From Nemertoderma westbladi (taxonomy: Eukaryota; Animalia; Xenacoelomorpha), in contig JAUCBJ010005029.1 in the NCBI GenBank assembly GCA_032718475.1, forward strand, positions 1-39,436: 39,436 nucleotides of DNA, written 5' to 3'. Under the pieces are notes generated by a model. That model had not been told where the DNA came from, made no database searches, and worked only from the letters and a program-made list of their open reading frames with translations. Positions 1-11,457 of this stretch are shown piece after piece. The number at the start of each line of letters is the position of its first letter. Position 1 is the first letter of the stretch. The position numbers were made by a program, and so were the translations under genes.

Positions 1-734
1 TGAGAGTCACCTTTAAAAATAGTATTACAGCGCCCGGTAAAATCGAGAGTCTGGTATTTTAAACGTAAATCTTTGGAGAGTGGACACACACATAAAACTT
101 GCAACTCATCTTGTACAGATGTGTTGTCACATATACAAGTTCTGTCCAATCGTGGTATCCTGGACCACCGTCCGGTTTCTATACGCAGTCTATGACTCAT
201 TAATCTGACTCGGGTAAAAGCAGCGCGGTGATAATCCGGAATATACGTTTTGGCAGATTTGTATATCGGGTGTACAGACAATACAATGCAATACAATGCA
301 ATAAATTAATTATTATAACTATTAATACATAATCTAATAAAAATGTTCTAGAACATTGTGTATTAGAATAAATGGCCTACAGCGGAAACAAATACATGCA
401 ACTTTCGAATGCCCACATCTAAGCTATTTCCCAACCAAATTCAAATATTTTTATATTTCTGGAATCCTTGCACGGTCAGCTTTCCCCTAGTACCAACAAA
501 TCACTAAATGTAACTGTGGATTAACTGGTGCAATATCGACAGATACACCTTTTTTAAACGCTTGTAGCTAAAGAATGAAAGCAAAAATAAAAATTCTGGC
601 TCACCCAGCAAAGAGGAGGGATATGAAACTATCTCTGTTTCAAATTTCATGAAATCTCAATACGATTTGTAATCAAATTTAGGGGGGCCCATGTACCAGA
701 ATAACGTCACTATATTCCAGGACATGGTGTACTG
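1..734. mobile_element. Right end of a probable Tc1/mariner-type non-autonomous element (left end outside window)
   Basis: Ends ...CCAGGACATGGTGTACTG|TA, i.e. TA|CAGTACACC on the minus strand (CAGT terminus plus TA target). The partner TIR is not in the window, so the extent is uncertain. Confidence 0.35.
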
Positions 735-753
735 TAGTATATCGCTATGTTTT

Positions 754-2307
754 ACTAGAGACGGGCCTAGCGGCCCGTGAAGCAAGTCGTAGGAGACAGT
801 ACGAGTCAAGTAAAAGCTTTTTGTTCTGTCTGATAAATAAATTAGTGTGAGCGTAGTCCCGGTGGTGTACGAGAAATTTTCTAGACAACTTCAAACTATA
901 ATTATTATGTTGTAATCATCTAATGAATTATAAAAGCTGTTGTGATTGTAGAAGATAGAGAGCAGTTAGCGAAATGATTATTTTGTTCTATCGGATAGAG
1001 TAGTCAGAGAGGAGTCGAGGTGTCAATTGATTAATAATAATAACAGCAGTTGTCATGAATTCAATACAATCGCGCAAAAGAAGTGATAAGACTAATTCGT
1101 TCTTATTTTTGTAATAAATAAAACAAGTTGAGATGTTTCAATGTAAACCGCGATTAACAATTTACACTGTTCAATGTAAACCAAGATATTATTTAAATAC
1201 AACAATTTTATTATTATTATAACAGATTTTTATATTTCAAACTATAATGTTAGCGTTATGGAGAATCAGTATGAGGCTGAGTAAACATTCAGCCTTATCA
1301 ACATACAGCCTCCACATTATTAATGTTGGCACAATGATTTCAAAATAAAACAATAATTTATGAGAGCACAGTACAATCAATATTAGCCAACATAGTAGCC
1401 AAATAGTAACTAACAGTCATTTAGCCTGCACGCCAACTAATTAACATAGCAAGGATGCATTGGGAAGAATTATTCAGCTGAGACTGTAATAGCCAGCTAA
1501 ACCAGTTAATGTTTGCTTACTCTCTGGTTTGTAGAGTAGAGTGATAATACTTGGCACAGAAAGTACTTCTTTGTTAATTGGCCCTTCCTATTGAATGCAT
1601 TACCAAGCCATCTCTATACATTTTTCATGAGTGACAGCTGGTATTTTTATCATTGCGCCTATGGCAATTTTCGTGTTTTGGGGCTATTTTTCGAAATAAA
1701 ACAAGTTGAGATGTTTCAATTTAATTCGCGATTTCACAAGTACCCATGGAAATCTATTTTCATGGTTCATGCAAAATTTCATCAAAATCGTTAGAGTCGT
1801 TTTTGCTCTAGGTCAGTAGCCAGTAGCCAGTAGCCAGTAGGCAGTAGCCAGTAGCCAGTAGGCAGTAGCCAGTAGCCAGTAGCCAGTAGCCAGTAGCCAG
1901 TAGCCAGTAGCCAGTAGCCAGTAGCCAGTAGCCAGTAGCCAGTAGCCAGTAGCCAGTAGCCAGTAGCCAGTAGCCAGTAGCCAGTAGCCAGTAGCCAGTA
2001 GCCAGTAGCCAGTAGCCAGTAGCCAGTAGCCAGTAGCCAGTAGCCAGTAGCCAGTAGCCAGTAGCCAGTAGCCAGTAGCCAGTAGCCAGTAGCCAGTAGC
2101 CAGTAGCCAGTAGCAGTAGCCAGTAGCCAGTAGCCAGTAGCCAGTAGCCAGTAGCCAGTAGCCAGTAGCCAGTAGCCAGTAGCCAGTAGCCAGTAGCCAG
2201 TAGCCAGTAGCCAGTAGCCAGTAGCCAGTAGCCAGTAGCCAATAGCCAGTAGGCAGTAGCCAGTAGCTTTTTTTTCTTACAGTAATCAAGTCGTAACGAC
2301 TTGCTAA
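754..2307 (-). mobile_element. Non-autonomous Helentron/DINE-1-like element (HINE)
   Basis: On the minus strand: 5' subTIR AGCAAGTCGT (2296-2305) folded on an adjacent inverted copy (CAAGTCGT-A-ACGACTTG, 2287-2303), then a microsatellite, then the 3' subTIR (781-790), a stem-loop ACGGGCC-TAGC-GGCCCGT (761-778) and terminal CTAGT. This is the DINE-1/HINE layout. Confidence 0.75.
1814..2267. repeat. (CAGTAGC)n 7-bp tandem repeat, about 65 units, inside the HINE
   Basis: Directly visible and nearly perfect; it generates the spurious LLATGYW ORFs. Confidence 0.98.
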
Positions 2308-2584
2308 TTAAAGAATTTGGCAATAAACAAGTACCAATTTAAGAATAAAATGACGTATTACATTGGAAAAAAAACGTACAAAATTTTTTTTTCAATATAA
2401 TAATGAATAATGAAAAAAAAGTTCTACTTTTTTCCCCATGAAATAAATAATTTTAATACTGTAGGACTGTACCGATAAGCCGGTAATATTTATTATATTA
2501 ATGAATTACCAAGTCTGGCATTCAATGTCTAACGGAGGATTTACATCATATTATTATACATACAATATTGCAATGTTCTAGAGT

Positions 2585-2774
2585 TAATATACGGAAATAA
2601 TAACCTGAACCGAATAAAACTGAATAATCACTGATGCCGTTCCAGAAACAAATTAACCTGTATAATTACCGAGGCCGCAGGCCGAGGTTATTATATTAGG
2701 TTAATTTGCTGAAGGATAAGGCAGAAGTGATTATTACAGTTTTATTCGCTGAAGGTTTTTATTTCCGTATGTTA
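2585..2774 (+). repeat. Imperfect 190-bp palindromic (fold-back) element
   Basis: Arms TAATATACGGAAAT... and ...ATTTCCGTATGTTA pair over about 90 bp around the centre GGCC-GCA-GGCC (loop 2677-2679). Confidence 0.85.
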
Positions 2775-2829
2775 GATGTTGCATTTTTAAGGATCGTGTT
2801 CTAATATAACACACATATTAATAATAAAA

Positions 2830-2880
2830 ACTAGAAAGCCAGCAAGCTGGCTATAAGAAGACCGTCTATAAGACAACAAA
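2830..2880 (-). mobile_element. Helitron-like 3' terminus (same family as 28518-29133)
   Basis: On the minus strand, hairpin GCCAGC-TT-GCTGGC followed by TTTCTAGT; the sequence matches 28518-28575 and 29110-29133. Inner boundary unknown. Confidence 0.5.
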
Positions 2881-4083
2881 ATCGAAAAAACTAAGTCATA
2901 ATTCCGTTCCAGTGTTAGTCCGAAGCGAAAAGATAAGCAAATATTTAAATATCCAATCCTCGCATCATCACTATGAAGCAACCATTTAATTAATAACATT
3001 TAATACACAAGAACATTTAATATAAGCATATAATATGCATGTATCCTAATAATAATATTCTACGAAACCAAAACAATAGTGAGGGTATCATAATCGTCCA
3101 GTATCAATTTAAATCTGCCCGTCTGCCTGATTATAGCTGTCTGATTGTTTAGTGGAATATTGGATTGAACGGGGACAGACTTAAAACGGCACATACTGTA
3201 TACTTGACCTCCCAACAAGTCGAGCAAACTCACATTATTGACCTTTGCAATTATTACATGCTCTTAAAGGCTTTATGACTAATGTTTAATTTATGATTAA
3301 GAAGCTATTAGCTTCTTTCCTGTCTCCATTTTTCGGCTGATTTTTGGACATGAAGAACAAGAACGTGTTCTGGCTTTTAGCTCCCTGGTTGCCCTGAGCT
3401 ACAATAACATGTATAGGCCTACTACACTACAATAATAAACTATTAGTTGGCACACTACTGGGAAGCTAGCTATTCAGCTGGCGGGATAATACATTACAAA
3501 CTTGAACGTTAGAGATTTTGATCTAATAAATACTAAAATACCCGCCTGGTTTCATCTCTCTCTCTAACAAATAAATTACAAACCAATAATGTCAATCATC
3601 TGCAATAACACTCATTTACCGCACTCTAGCCTGTTGCCTTGTGACGTTATGGCATAGATGGTCCTACAGCCATTTTTAACCTTTTGTCTACTGTATGCAT
3701 CAATTTTAAATTATTAAGATAATGTCACAAAAAGTAGCCACATTCGAGAATCAACTCTAATACTCTGCCAGACTGTAATTTCGAACGTATATCTTTTCGT
3801 TCACATCGTTGTCCCAGCCCCAACAGCAAACAAGGTTTAAAAATGTACTTGATTACCATCAACTAATATTTAATATAATTATTATTGATCACGGTGTTTT
3901 ATTTGCCACAAACCACATAAAATAAAATAATTACCTGATATTATATTATTTAATGATTACATAATATCTACATATATTTACTTTTAGTCTAGTAATCTAG
4001 CACTTTATACGATTACAGAGCTATCTATGCCTTATAAAATCCGAGCGCAGCATTATTAATAATACTGACGACATTTTATCTAG

Positions 4084-4121
4084 TCATAGATTACGTCATA
4101 GATTACGTCATAGATTACGTC
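4084..4121. repeat. 12-bp tandem repeat (TCATAGATTACG)x3
   Basis: Directly visible. Confidence 0.9.
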
Positions 4122-4599
4122 TTGTTTTCTTAACTTTTTCGAAGATTGAAATTTAATGAGAAATAGTGAACCGTAATTAAATATTATATAAGATAAATTA
4201 TAGCTATTACAGGAATTTCGTTTGAATTCATAACTTTACGAATTATTCTTAAAATAAAAGATTTAATATATATTATCCTCTCTGGTCACCCAGCTGATAA
4301 ACAACATGAATTAAGCGCATTAGCGCATTAAGCGCATACATGGGTAGCGCATTTTCTGACCAAAAAGTCGAATTTTTGAAACATATCCTATCTGAGGCAG
4401 AATTTCAAATCCAAATATGGAATTTCCCATATCTCGCTTAGTTTTCAAGATTTCTGGAGTAGAAGATACTGGATCCGATATATCGCGATATCAGTAAGCG
4501 ATGAAGTTGGGGTTTGCATTCAATATTAGCAAACTTCTGTGCTCAGTGGTCCCAATTGGATGTCTCCACGAGAAAGAGCATAAAATTTTAATTCAAATG

Positions 4600-5064
4600 G
4601 TATTTTTTTATGATTATTGGACCTAATGGTCAGTTTATAAGACAACTTCAAGTCTTCGGAACAATGACGGGACTCGATTAAACGACTCTGCAGTCTATGC
4701 GGGTTTACACGGAATAGACTTATCGCTCGTCGTAGATCTTCAAAATTTATAATCTCCAGTTCTAGTGGTCGTACGAAGTTCGATTTAGGCTCATTCGAGA
4801 ACTCCTTTCTCAGAGAACAAAGTTAACATTTGGTTTGGCAAACTCTTGAAAGCTGCCTGTGCAATCATAACTGGAACAAAATTTGGAAGGCATATTTTAC
4901 CCAAATGCATGTTATGTTGCAACACAACCATTTTATCTTAAGTCAAATGGTAACTTTGTTCTCTGAGAAAGGAGCTTTCGAATGAGCCTAAAACGAACTT
5001 CGTACGACCTCTAGTTGTCTTATAAACTGATCAGTAGCCTAGGTCAAAAATCATAGAAAAATAC
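4600..5064. mobile_element. Fold-back DNA transposon remnant with long inverted arms
   Basis: 4762-4835 is the reverse complement of 4942-5013, and 4600-4646 pairs with 5013-5064. Termini and TSD not resolved. Confidence 0.55.
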
Positions 5065-5416
5065 TCTGCGCTATAAATTGCTTAAAATTGCTTAATAAAT
5101 AAATATTCTGCTATACCATTGCATTAGCAATATATAATATATCAATCTTCGAATATAATCTAACTACTACCTATTTACCTAACTACCTACCTACCTAACT
5201 ATTGACATTTTAATACTAAACTACTAAAAATAAATAATAATATATAATGGAAAAAAGGTTCCGAATCATAATGACAAGATAATTATCAATTTTTGTGACA
5301 TGTATTTCTACTGTACATTGCTTAACCCATGTGTTATCGGAATAATTATAACTTGTTGTATTTGGTAACTTGTCATTTACGCACCGAAACAAGAACATTC
5401 GAGAGAAATAGCAATA

Positions 5417-5818
5417 GGCGAGTCAATCTAGCTAAAAAAAAAGGGAGTAAACCCATAACAAATTCGCAATTCACCCAAACCAATTGTTTTCATTCTATGT
5501 TTACCTGGTTAATACATCAAAAAGTCTATAAAATTTATTTTTCGATTCACTTTCAATGTCAATGTTGACGTGTTCACGTTCAAATCACAGCTTGTTGTGA
5601 AATTAATTAAATTATTCTGGAACATAACCAATTTGCTACTTACTTGTTCATTTTGTTTGCCATGTTTTATGCAAATTTACGCAGAATTTCCATGAATAGC
5701 CATATGATCCGCAAAATAATATTTTATAGACTTTTGGGCTAAACAAGGTAATATAGAAACCAAAAAAGTGGTTCGGATTGATTGCGAAATGTTTATGGGT
5801 TTTTTGGATTGACTCGAC
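5417..5818. mobile_element. MITE with long degenerate TIRs, flanked by TA
   Basis: TA|GGCGAGTCAATC ... GATTGACTCGAC|TA; arms align for about 120 bp (AAACCCATAA, TTCGCAAT, AAAAGTCTATAAAAT). Confidence 0.7.
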
Positions 5819-6079
5819 TAAATAACTAATTAACTTCAGAACATGTCAAATCCATGTAGGCCTATCAGCTTTGCAGTAAATATATTCCGAAATTAAAGAA
5901 GCTGTTTGCAAAACATATTGAAACAGGAAACAAAATAGTTATTTTGCTCATAGTCTTGTAGAACCGGGCTATGCTATGGATGATAGTGTAATACTTTATA
6001 AACTAAATTTAAACAGAAAGTTTCACATTATTATATATAGAACCATTTTACCAAATAAAACGAAGATTATCATGAATTT

Positions 6080-7081
6080 TTAGAAAGACCCATATCCCAA
6101 AGCGCTTAAACGGCTACCTTCATAGTTGCCTAGAAGATTAGAATTAGCACAAAATAACAACCAGCCTGTGATGTGAGCAATAAGTTGGAAAGATACACCA
6201 ACCAATGTACAATAACTGATGATATTGACATAGAATCGAACATGTTCTTTGATGACGATGTCGCACCCTTTCTGGTACAGATCTTCTTTGTTGATCTGTA
6301 ATTTGGTATCACTGATGAGATTCAAGGCCACGAACTGAGCCTCGGCGTTCCCTTCCTGATCCTTGCAATTATCCTGAACGAGAGAAAAATTGCAGCAGGA
6401 AACAGGGAAAGTGGATCCAGCTGTGTAGTTGAGACCTGTTTTACCGACCGTGCCGCTCAGCTGTGCCTCCCAAAACCACAAACCCGGCAGCATTCCGCCT
6501 TCCTCGTCACCATCATGTGTCGTGTGAGTCTGGTCAAATTCACCAGACAAATGATCGATGCTATCAATGTCGACCGTAGCGTGCAAACCGCAACACGAAA
6601 AGAACGACTGAAGGTTGTCCACAAGGTCGTTATGTGCCTTCAGTTTAATTTTCTCCTTAGTTGTCCCGTTATTGTTTGCGAGATACTCATAGTCCTCAAA
6701 TTTGTTTTCAATCTCATGGTGAATAACGGAGAAAGCCGTATCGATGTTGTATGCGAATGAGATGCTGCCTGTTACGATCTGAAGGACCAGGGCGCTCAGA
6801 GCCAAAGGGATGAACATCGACATGAGGTGGGAATTCCTGTCGAAGATCCCGGCGCATGCGCCGATGTTTGTGATGATGAATATAATCCATCCGAACTGGA
6901 AGATTAGCATGGGCCCATTGAACAATCCGTTGTACGCGAATCCGTTGAGACTCTCGAGTTTGTATTTGACGACGATCCCTGCAACAATAAGGACCAACGC
7001 GCCTAGAAGGAAACCTAGGGAGACCACGGATTGAATATGGCCTTTGATTCGATCCAAACGAGTTTCTCTCTCTGAAGTCAT
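6080..7081 (-). CDS. Tetraspanin family protein, single exon, 333 aa
   Basis: Three N-terminal hydrophobic helices, a large extracellular loop with CCG, PxSCC and GC motifs, a fourth helix and a short tail ending GYGSF. The ORF is intact and more GC-rich than its flanks. Confidence 0.9.
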   Translation of the reverse strand: MTSERETRLDRIKGHIQSVVSLGFLLGALVLIVAGIVVKYKLESLNGFAYNGLFNGPMLIFQFGWIIFIITNIGACAGIFDRNSHLMSMFIPLALSALVLQIVTGSISFAYNIDTAFSVIHHEIENKFEDYEYLANNNGTTKEKIKLKAHNDLVDNLQSFFSCCGLHATVDIDSIDHLSGEFDQTHTTHDGDEEGGMLPGLWFWEAQLSGTVGKTGLNYTAGSTFPVSCCNFSLVQDNCKDQEGNAEAQFVALNLISDTKLQINKEDLYQKGCDIVIKEHVRFYVNIISYCTLVGVSFQLIAHITGWLLFCANSNLLGNYEGSRLSALGYGSF

Positions 7082-7881
7082 TGAAAAATTGTATGTGACT
7101 TATGGAGTGTAGTATAGTTTTTCACACATAAACCACAACTTCATTAAGTAACTGGCGCGACAAATCCGCGCGCACAGGCGCGAAAAGCAATATCAGTTAC
7201 AACCATTAAACACCATGTCTTGTTTTACATTCGCATTTTCTCAGGTATGATAGGGATGGCAAACCCACTAATTTCTGAACGATGCTTGCTTTTCACTTTT
7301 TAGCGTTAAATACATTCCAAAAGTTTTTATATTATTCATTTTATAAATAAATACACTTGTGCATATGAAAATATATACCCGTACTTTTTGAAACTCAATG
7401 TTTGGAACTCTAAGGCTAAAATCAGACATGAAAAGCAATTTGATAAATATTTATAGGAAATGTTGTGGTGTACAATGTCTCTAGAAAATGCGAATAGAAA
7501 ATGCGAATATATTATTACTTTATATACATGGTGCATATGGAATCAATATTCGTATAAATTAAATTAAATTAATTGTAAGCCAAATTTTCTAGGATTAAGC
7601 AGCTTCCAATTCCCTTATGCACCGTCAAATACAGAGACAGGGGGAAACTTGACGAAATTAACATTTGATAACATTTCTAGCACATTATTTAGTTAAAATA
7701 ATAAAATCGGCACAAATCTGTAAATTAATAATGTATTAATAGTGACAAAAATCGACATCGGTTATACACCGAAATTAGATTAGAATTAATTAGTTATTGG
7801 GCACTGACCTAGCTAAGTAATTATGTGAAATGCACACCGAAATTTGAATATTTTTTAAGACGAACAAACGTATTACCATCA

Positions 7882-8180
7882 CTAACAAACATCCTTACAC
7901 GCCATACACTGTTTACATTCCTCAAAGATATGAAACTCATCTTTGCGGAGTATTGACGCACCACAAAAATGACACTTTATCGTAACTGTCCAACACTGTA
8001 TTGCTACATGTATTCTGAGAAAACCAGTTAAATTTGCTATATCAAAAACTAATCTGTAATTTGAATTGGTTTCTAGTAAGGCTGTGTTAAAGACATACTT
8101 ATTTAGCCCAGCCCACATCTTGAGGAAACGTGCCTTAACTTTATCAGCATTTTTTCATTTACCTGAGGATTGTGTAAATT
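7882..8180 (-). mobile_element. Decayed LINE ORF2 C-terminal fragment
   Basis: Translation contains CHFCG...DEFHIFEEC, the CCHC knuckle typical of LINE ORF2 ends. Confidence 0.45.
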
Positions 8181-8260
8181 CTAATTTATTACGAGGATAC
8201 CCCCTTTCACCCAAGCCTTTCGCGAGACTATCAGCACCTTCAGGGCTGCTAATCTTCAAG

Positions 8261-8435
8261 AGACGTCTCAAAAAAGTCATGTGAAATCCACCATGCTTAT
8301 TCTCACGACATGACGACGCCATAGCAGAAGGCTGTGCGAAGGCTGGTCCTCACGGCGAAATCAAGTGTCAAGCTTGGGGGACCAATGAGACACCTCCGAT
8401 GCTATAGTGTCTGATTAGAGATGACTGCATTGTAC
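8261..8435 (-). mobile_element. RTE fragment (3' region), inverted relative to the adjacent main copy
   Basis: Aligns with 13603-13810 (e.g. GCTGGTCCTCACGGCGAAA, AATGAGACACCTCC). Confidence 0.75.
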
Positions 8436-8439
8436 TTCA

Positions 8440-10797
8440 AATTAGTGGACCTGGTGAATCATTATAGTTATGTGTCATTCATTAAGTGTCTACAGCAGTT
8501 AAAGACCAGTACGGACTTCCATAGAGGAGTACTTGTTCTACTGCTGCTAAAAATAAGAGCATGCATTCTTAACATTCCTGGGAGACTTTAATGCAAGTCT
8601 GCATCAATCACCTACATCGCCCTGGGTCTATAGCAATAGTGTTAACCGAAATTCCGTCCATCTTCAGGATTTTATCTCTGGAAATGGATTGTTTTCGGCT
8701 GGAACCCAGTTCAAGAAGCGAACTGTAAAGCTATGGACTCAAAGTGGACCCAGTGGTCACTTTGCATTTACACTACGACCCTTCTCCAGTGATCACCGCC
8801 TTATTGTGGCCAAGGTAAGACTTAGTCTGCGTGCTAGCAGAACAACGAAATCTGCCTTGCCGCGGCATGACTGGTCCTCTCTGTTGCAACAGCCAAGTGT
8901 GAGATACAGCTTCACACTACAGCTGAGCAACAGGTATGAGGCTCTTGCCTCTGAGGCGGCAGATCACTGTGAGGGCTATACTGCCTTCACAGAGGCAGTT
9001 AAGTTAGCAGCTGCAGAAACAGTTCCTGTATACCCTCGAAACAGGAAACGGGCACCCTGGACTGATAACAAAATTCAGAAGTGCCGAAATGACCTCTACA
9101 AGGCGCAGAAAGAGTCCCGACTCAAACAGACTACAGCGGCCAAGAATGCAGTTAAGGCTGCATCTAGGTCCCTGAACAGGCAGTACTCTGTTAATTTACA
9201 GGAGCTAATAAACCAACAGGTTGATGCCATCAATGATGCTGACGACAGCAGGCAATCATCCCAGGCATGGAGATCGATCAACTTGCTTGCTGGTCGAAAA
9301 AGCCAACCAACCACCAAGGTTAAGGCTGAATCACCAGCCGATCGCTTCAATGGTTGGAAGGCCCACTTTGAAAAGCTCCTCAATAATGACAGGGTATTGC
9401 CTGATAACTTTATAGAAGTAAAAGTGTCTGAGTCTGTACTCCCAGATATTCCCATTGGTGATATCTCCTTTGCAGAAGTGAAGGCTGCTGCAAAGAGCAT
9501 TAAGACCAATCGTGCCAGTGGAGTAGATGGTGTTCCCCCTGAGGTCTTTAAAATACCTGAGTGTTTAAAGCTCATCTATCCCATCATAGTAGACATGTAC
9601 CGTACAACAAATGAAAACAAATAAGTTGGTGCCAGTTCCCAAGAAGGGCAACCTAACACTCTATGGTTCTTTTCGGGGAATCTCATTGATCTCGATTGCT
9701 GCAAAGCTATACAATAGAATTCTATTAAATCGCATCAGGGATCCCATTGAGAGACTGCTCCGTGGAAATCAGAATGGGTTCCGTAAAGGTCGTGGGACCA
9801 TGGAGCCCATTTTGGCACTTAGAAGGATAATTGAAGAGTTATCAAAAAAGAAAGACAGGCATCTGGCTGTTATCTTTGTTGACTTCTTCAAGGCCTTTGA
9901 TTCAGTCTCTCGCTCACGTATGTTCAGCATACTTTCATTATATGGGATTCCTGATGAAATTATTGCAGCAATCAGATCAGTATACGATGGTTCGACAACA
10001 TTTGTGTCTACTGTTGACGGTGACACAGAACCATTTGAAGTGTTATGGGGCGTCCTCCAGGGAGACACACTTTCACCATTCTTGTTCATAATTGTTGTTG
10101 ACTATGTTCTACGCATGTCCTTAGATCATCATAATGATGATGGGGTGATGATAACTCCACCTACTGGCTCCAGAAGTCGAGGAAATCCTGCCAAGTACCT
10201 AACTGATCTAGACTTTGCTGATGACTTAGGAGTACTCTCAGAATCATTAGAGGGAGCCCAACGGCTCCTCAGCTCATTAGAACATGCTGCTTCTAGTGTT
10301 GGTCTTTTTATTAACTCCAGAAAGACCAAAATTCTGACAGTTAACTTTGAAAGTCCTCAGCAAGTCTCTGATCGGATGAGCATAAGCTCAAAGGATGGTA
10401 TGCTTGAGCATGTGGACGACTTCTGTTACCTGGGATCATGGATCCGGAAGTCAGGTGAGGACCTTCGAATACGTAAGGGAAAGGCATGGGCAGCCTTGAA
10501 TAGGCTTTCCAGGATTTGGAAGTCACCGAGTATTAATCGGAAACTTAAGGTCCGGTTATTTAGAGCAGCAGTAGTTCCAGTACTCCTCTATGGGAGTCCA
10601 TGCTGGGCTCTAACTGCTGAGGACACCAATGACTTTCTTGAGACGCATCTTAAAGGACACTGGCCTTGAAGATGCGGATGATCTAGCAAATGTCATGGGT
10701 GATAGGGAGTTGTGGCGGTGCAATTTTGTCGATAAGCCGGCACAGCATTCTTAAAAATGCAGAGCTGCAATGCAGCATGCCGATCCTAGTAGTAGTA
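8440..10797 (+). mobile_element. RTE-clade non-LTR retrotransposon, 5'-truncated and decayed
   Basis: APE endonuclease remnants (LGDFNA near 8578, SDH), RT motifs, a short 3' UTR and a (TAG)3 tail at 10787-10796. Confidence 0.92.
8689..10669 (+). pseudogene. RTE endonuclease/reverse transcriptase ORF, frameshifted near 9611-9624 with a 3' internal deletion near 10630
   Basis: PVPKKG, RGISL, QNGFR, FVDFFKAFDS, GVLQGDTLSP, FADD and YLGS motifs split over two overlapping ORFs. Confidence 0.88.
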
Positions 10798-10844
10798 AAA
10801 ATAATCGAACTCCCTTCCCTAATCCCGTGCAGCACATTCAATGC

Positions 10845-11430
10845 TGCCATGCCTTCCATTTAAGTATTCTAAGGTATTCATTCACCTGACTTCCAGATCC
10901 ATGACTCCAAGTAACAGAAGTCAAGCGACCCATTCACAGGGCTTATGCTAGTACGATCAGACAATTGATGCAACGAAGTTAACTGTCAAAATGTTGGTCT
11001 TTTTGGAGTTAACAAAAAGACCAACACTAGACCCATGGCATGCCAACCATGCCCCATTGAGCTGAGGAGCCTTTGGGCACTCTCTAGTGATTCTGAGAGT
11101 ACTCCCTAAGTCATCAACAATGTCTAGAACAGTAAGGTGCTTCGCTAGACTTCTGGAGCCAGTGGGTGGTGTTACCATCACCCCATCCTGATTATGAATA
11201 TAACGAATGCTGCAAGCATGTCTCCCTGGAGGACTCCGCATGAAGCTTCAAATGGATCTGCGTCACCATCAGCGGTAGACACAAATGTCGTCGAACCAAC
11301 GTATATCTGATTGCTGCAATAATTTCCTCAGGAATCCCATCAAATACAAGTACTCAGAATATTACCGATCGGGAAAGCTGAATCAAAGGCTTTAAAGAAG
11401 TCAACTAAACAATAACCAGATAGCGGTTTT
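10845..11430 (-). mobile_element. Diverged RTE RT-region fragment, inverted
   Basis: Reverse complement matches about 9850-10495 (DGVMVTPPTGSRS, DIVDDLG, VGLFVNSKKT). Confidence 0.85.
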
Positions 11431-11457
11431 TTGTCTGGATAGAATGAAACTATACAT

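Noticed and set aside
1808-2323. LLATGYW-repeat ORFs
   Set aside because: Translation of a 7-bp microsatellite inside a transposon.
9096-10526. Antisense and alternate-frame ORFs over the RTE
   Set aside because: Shadow ORFs of the RT coding region.
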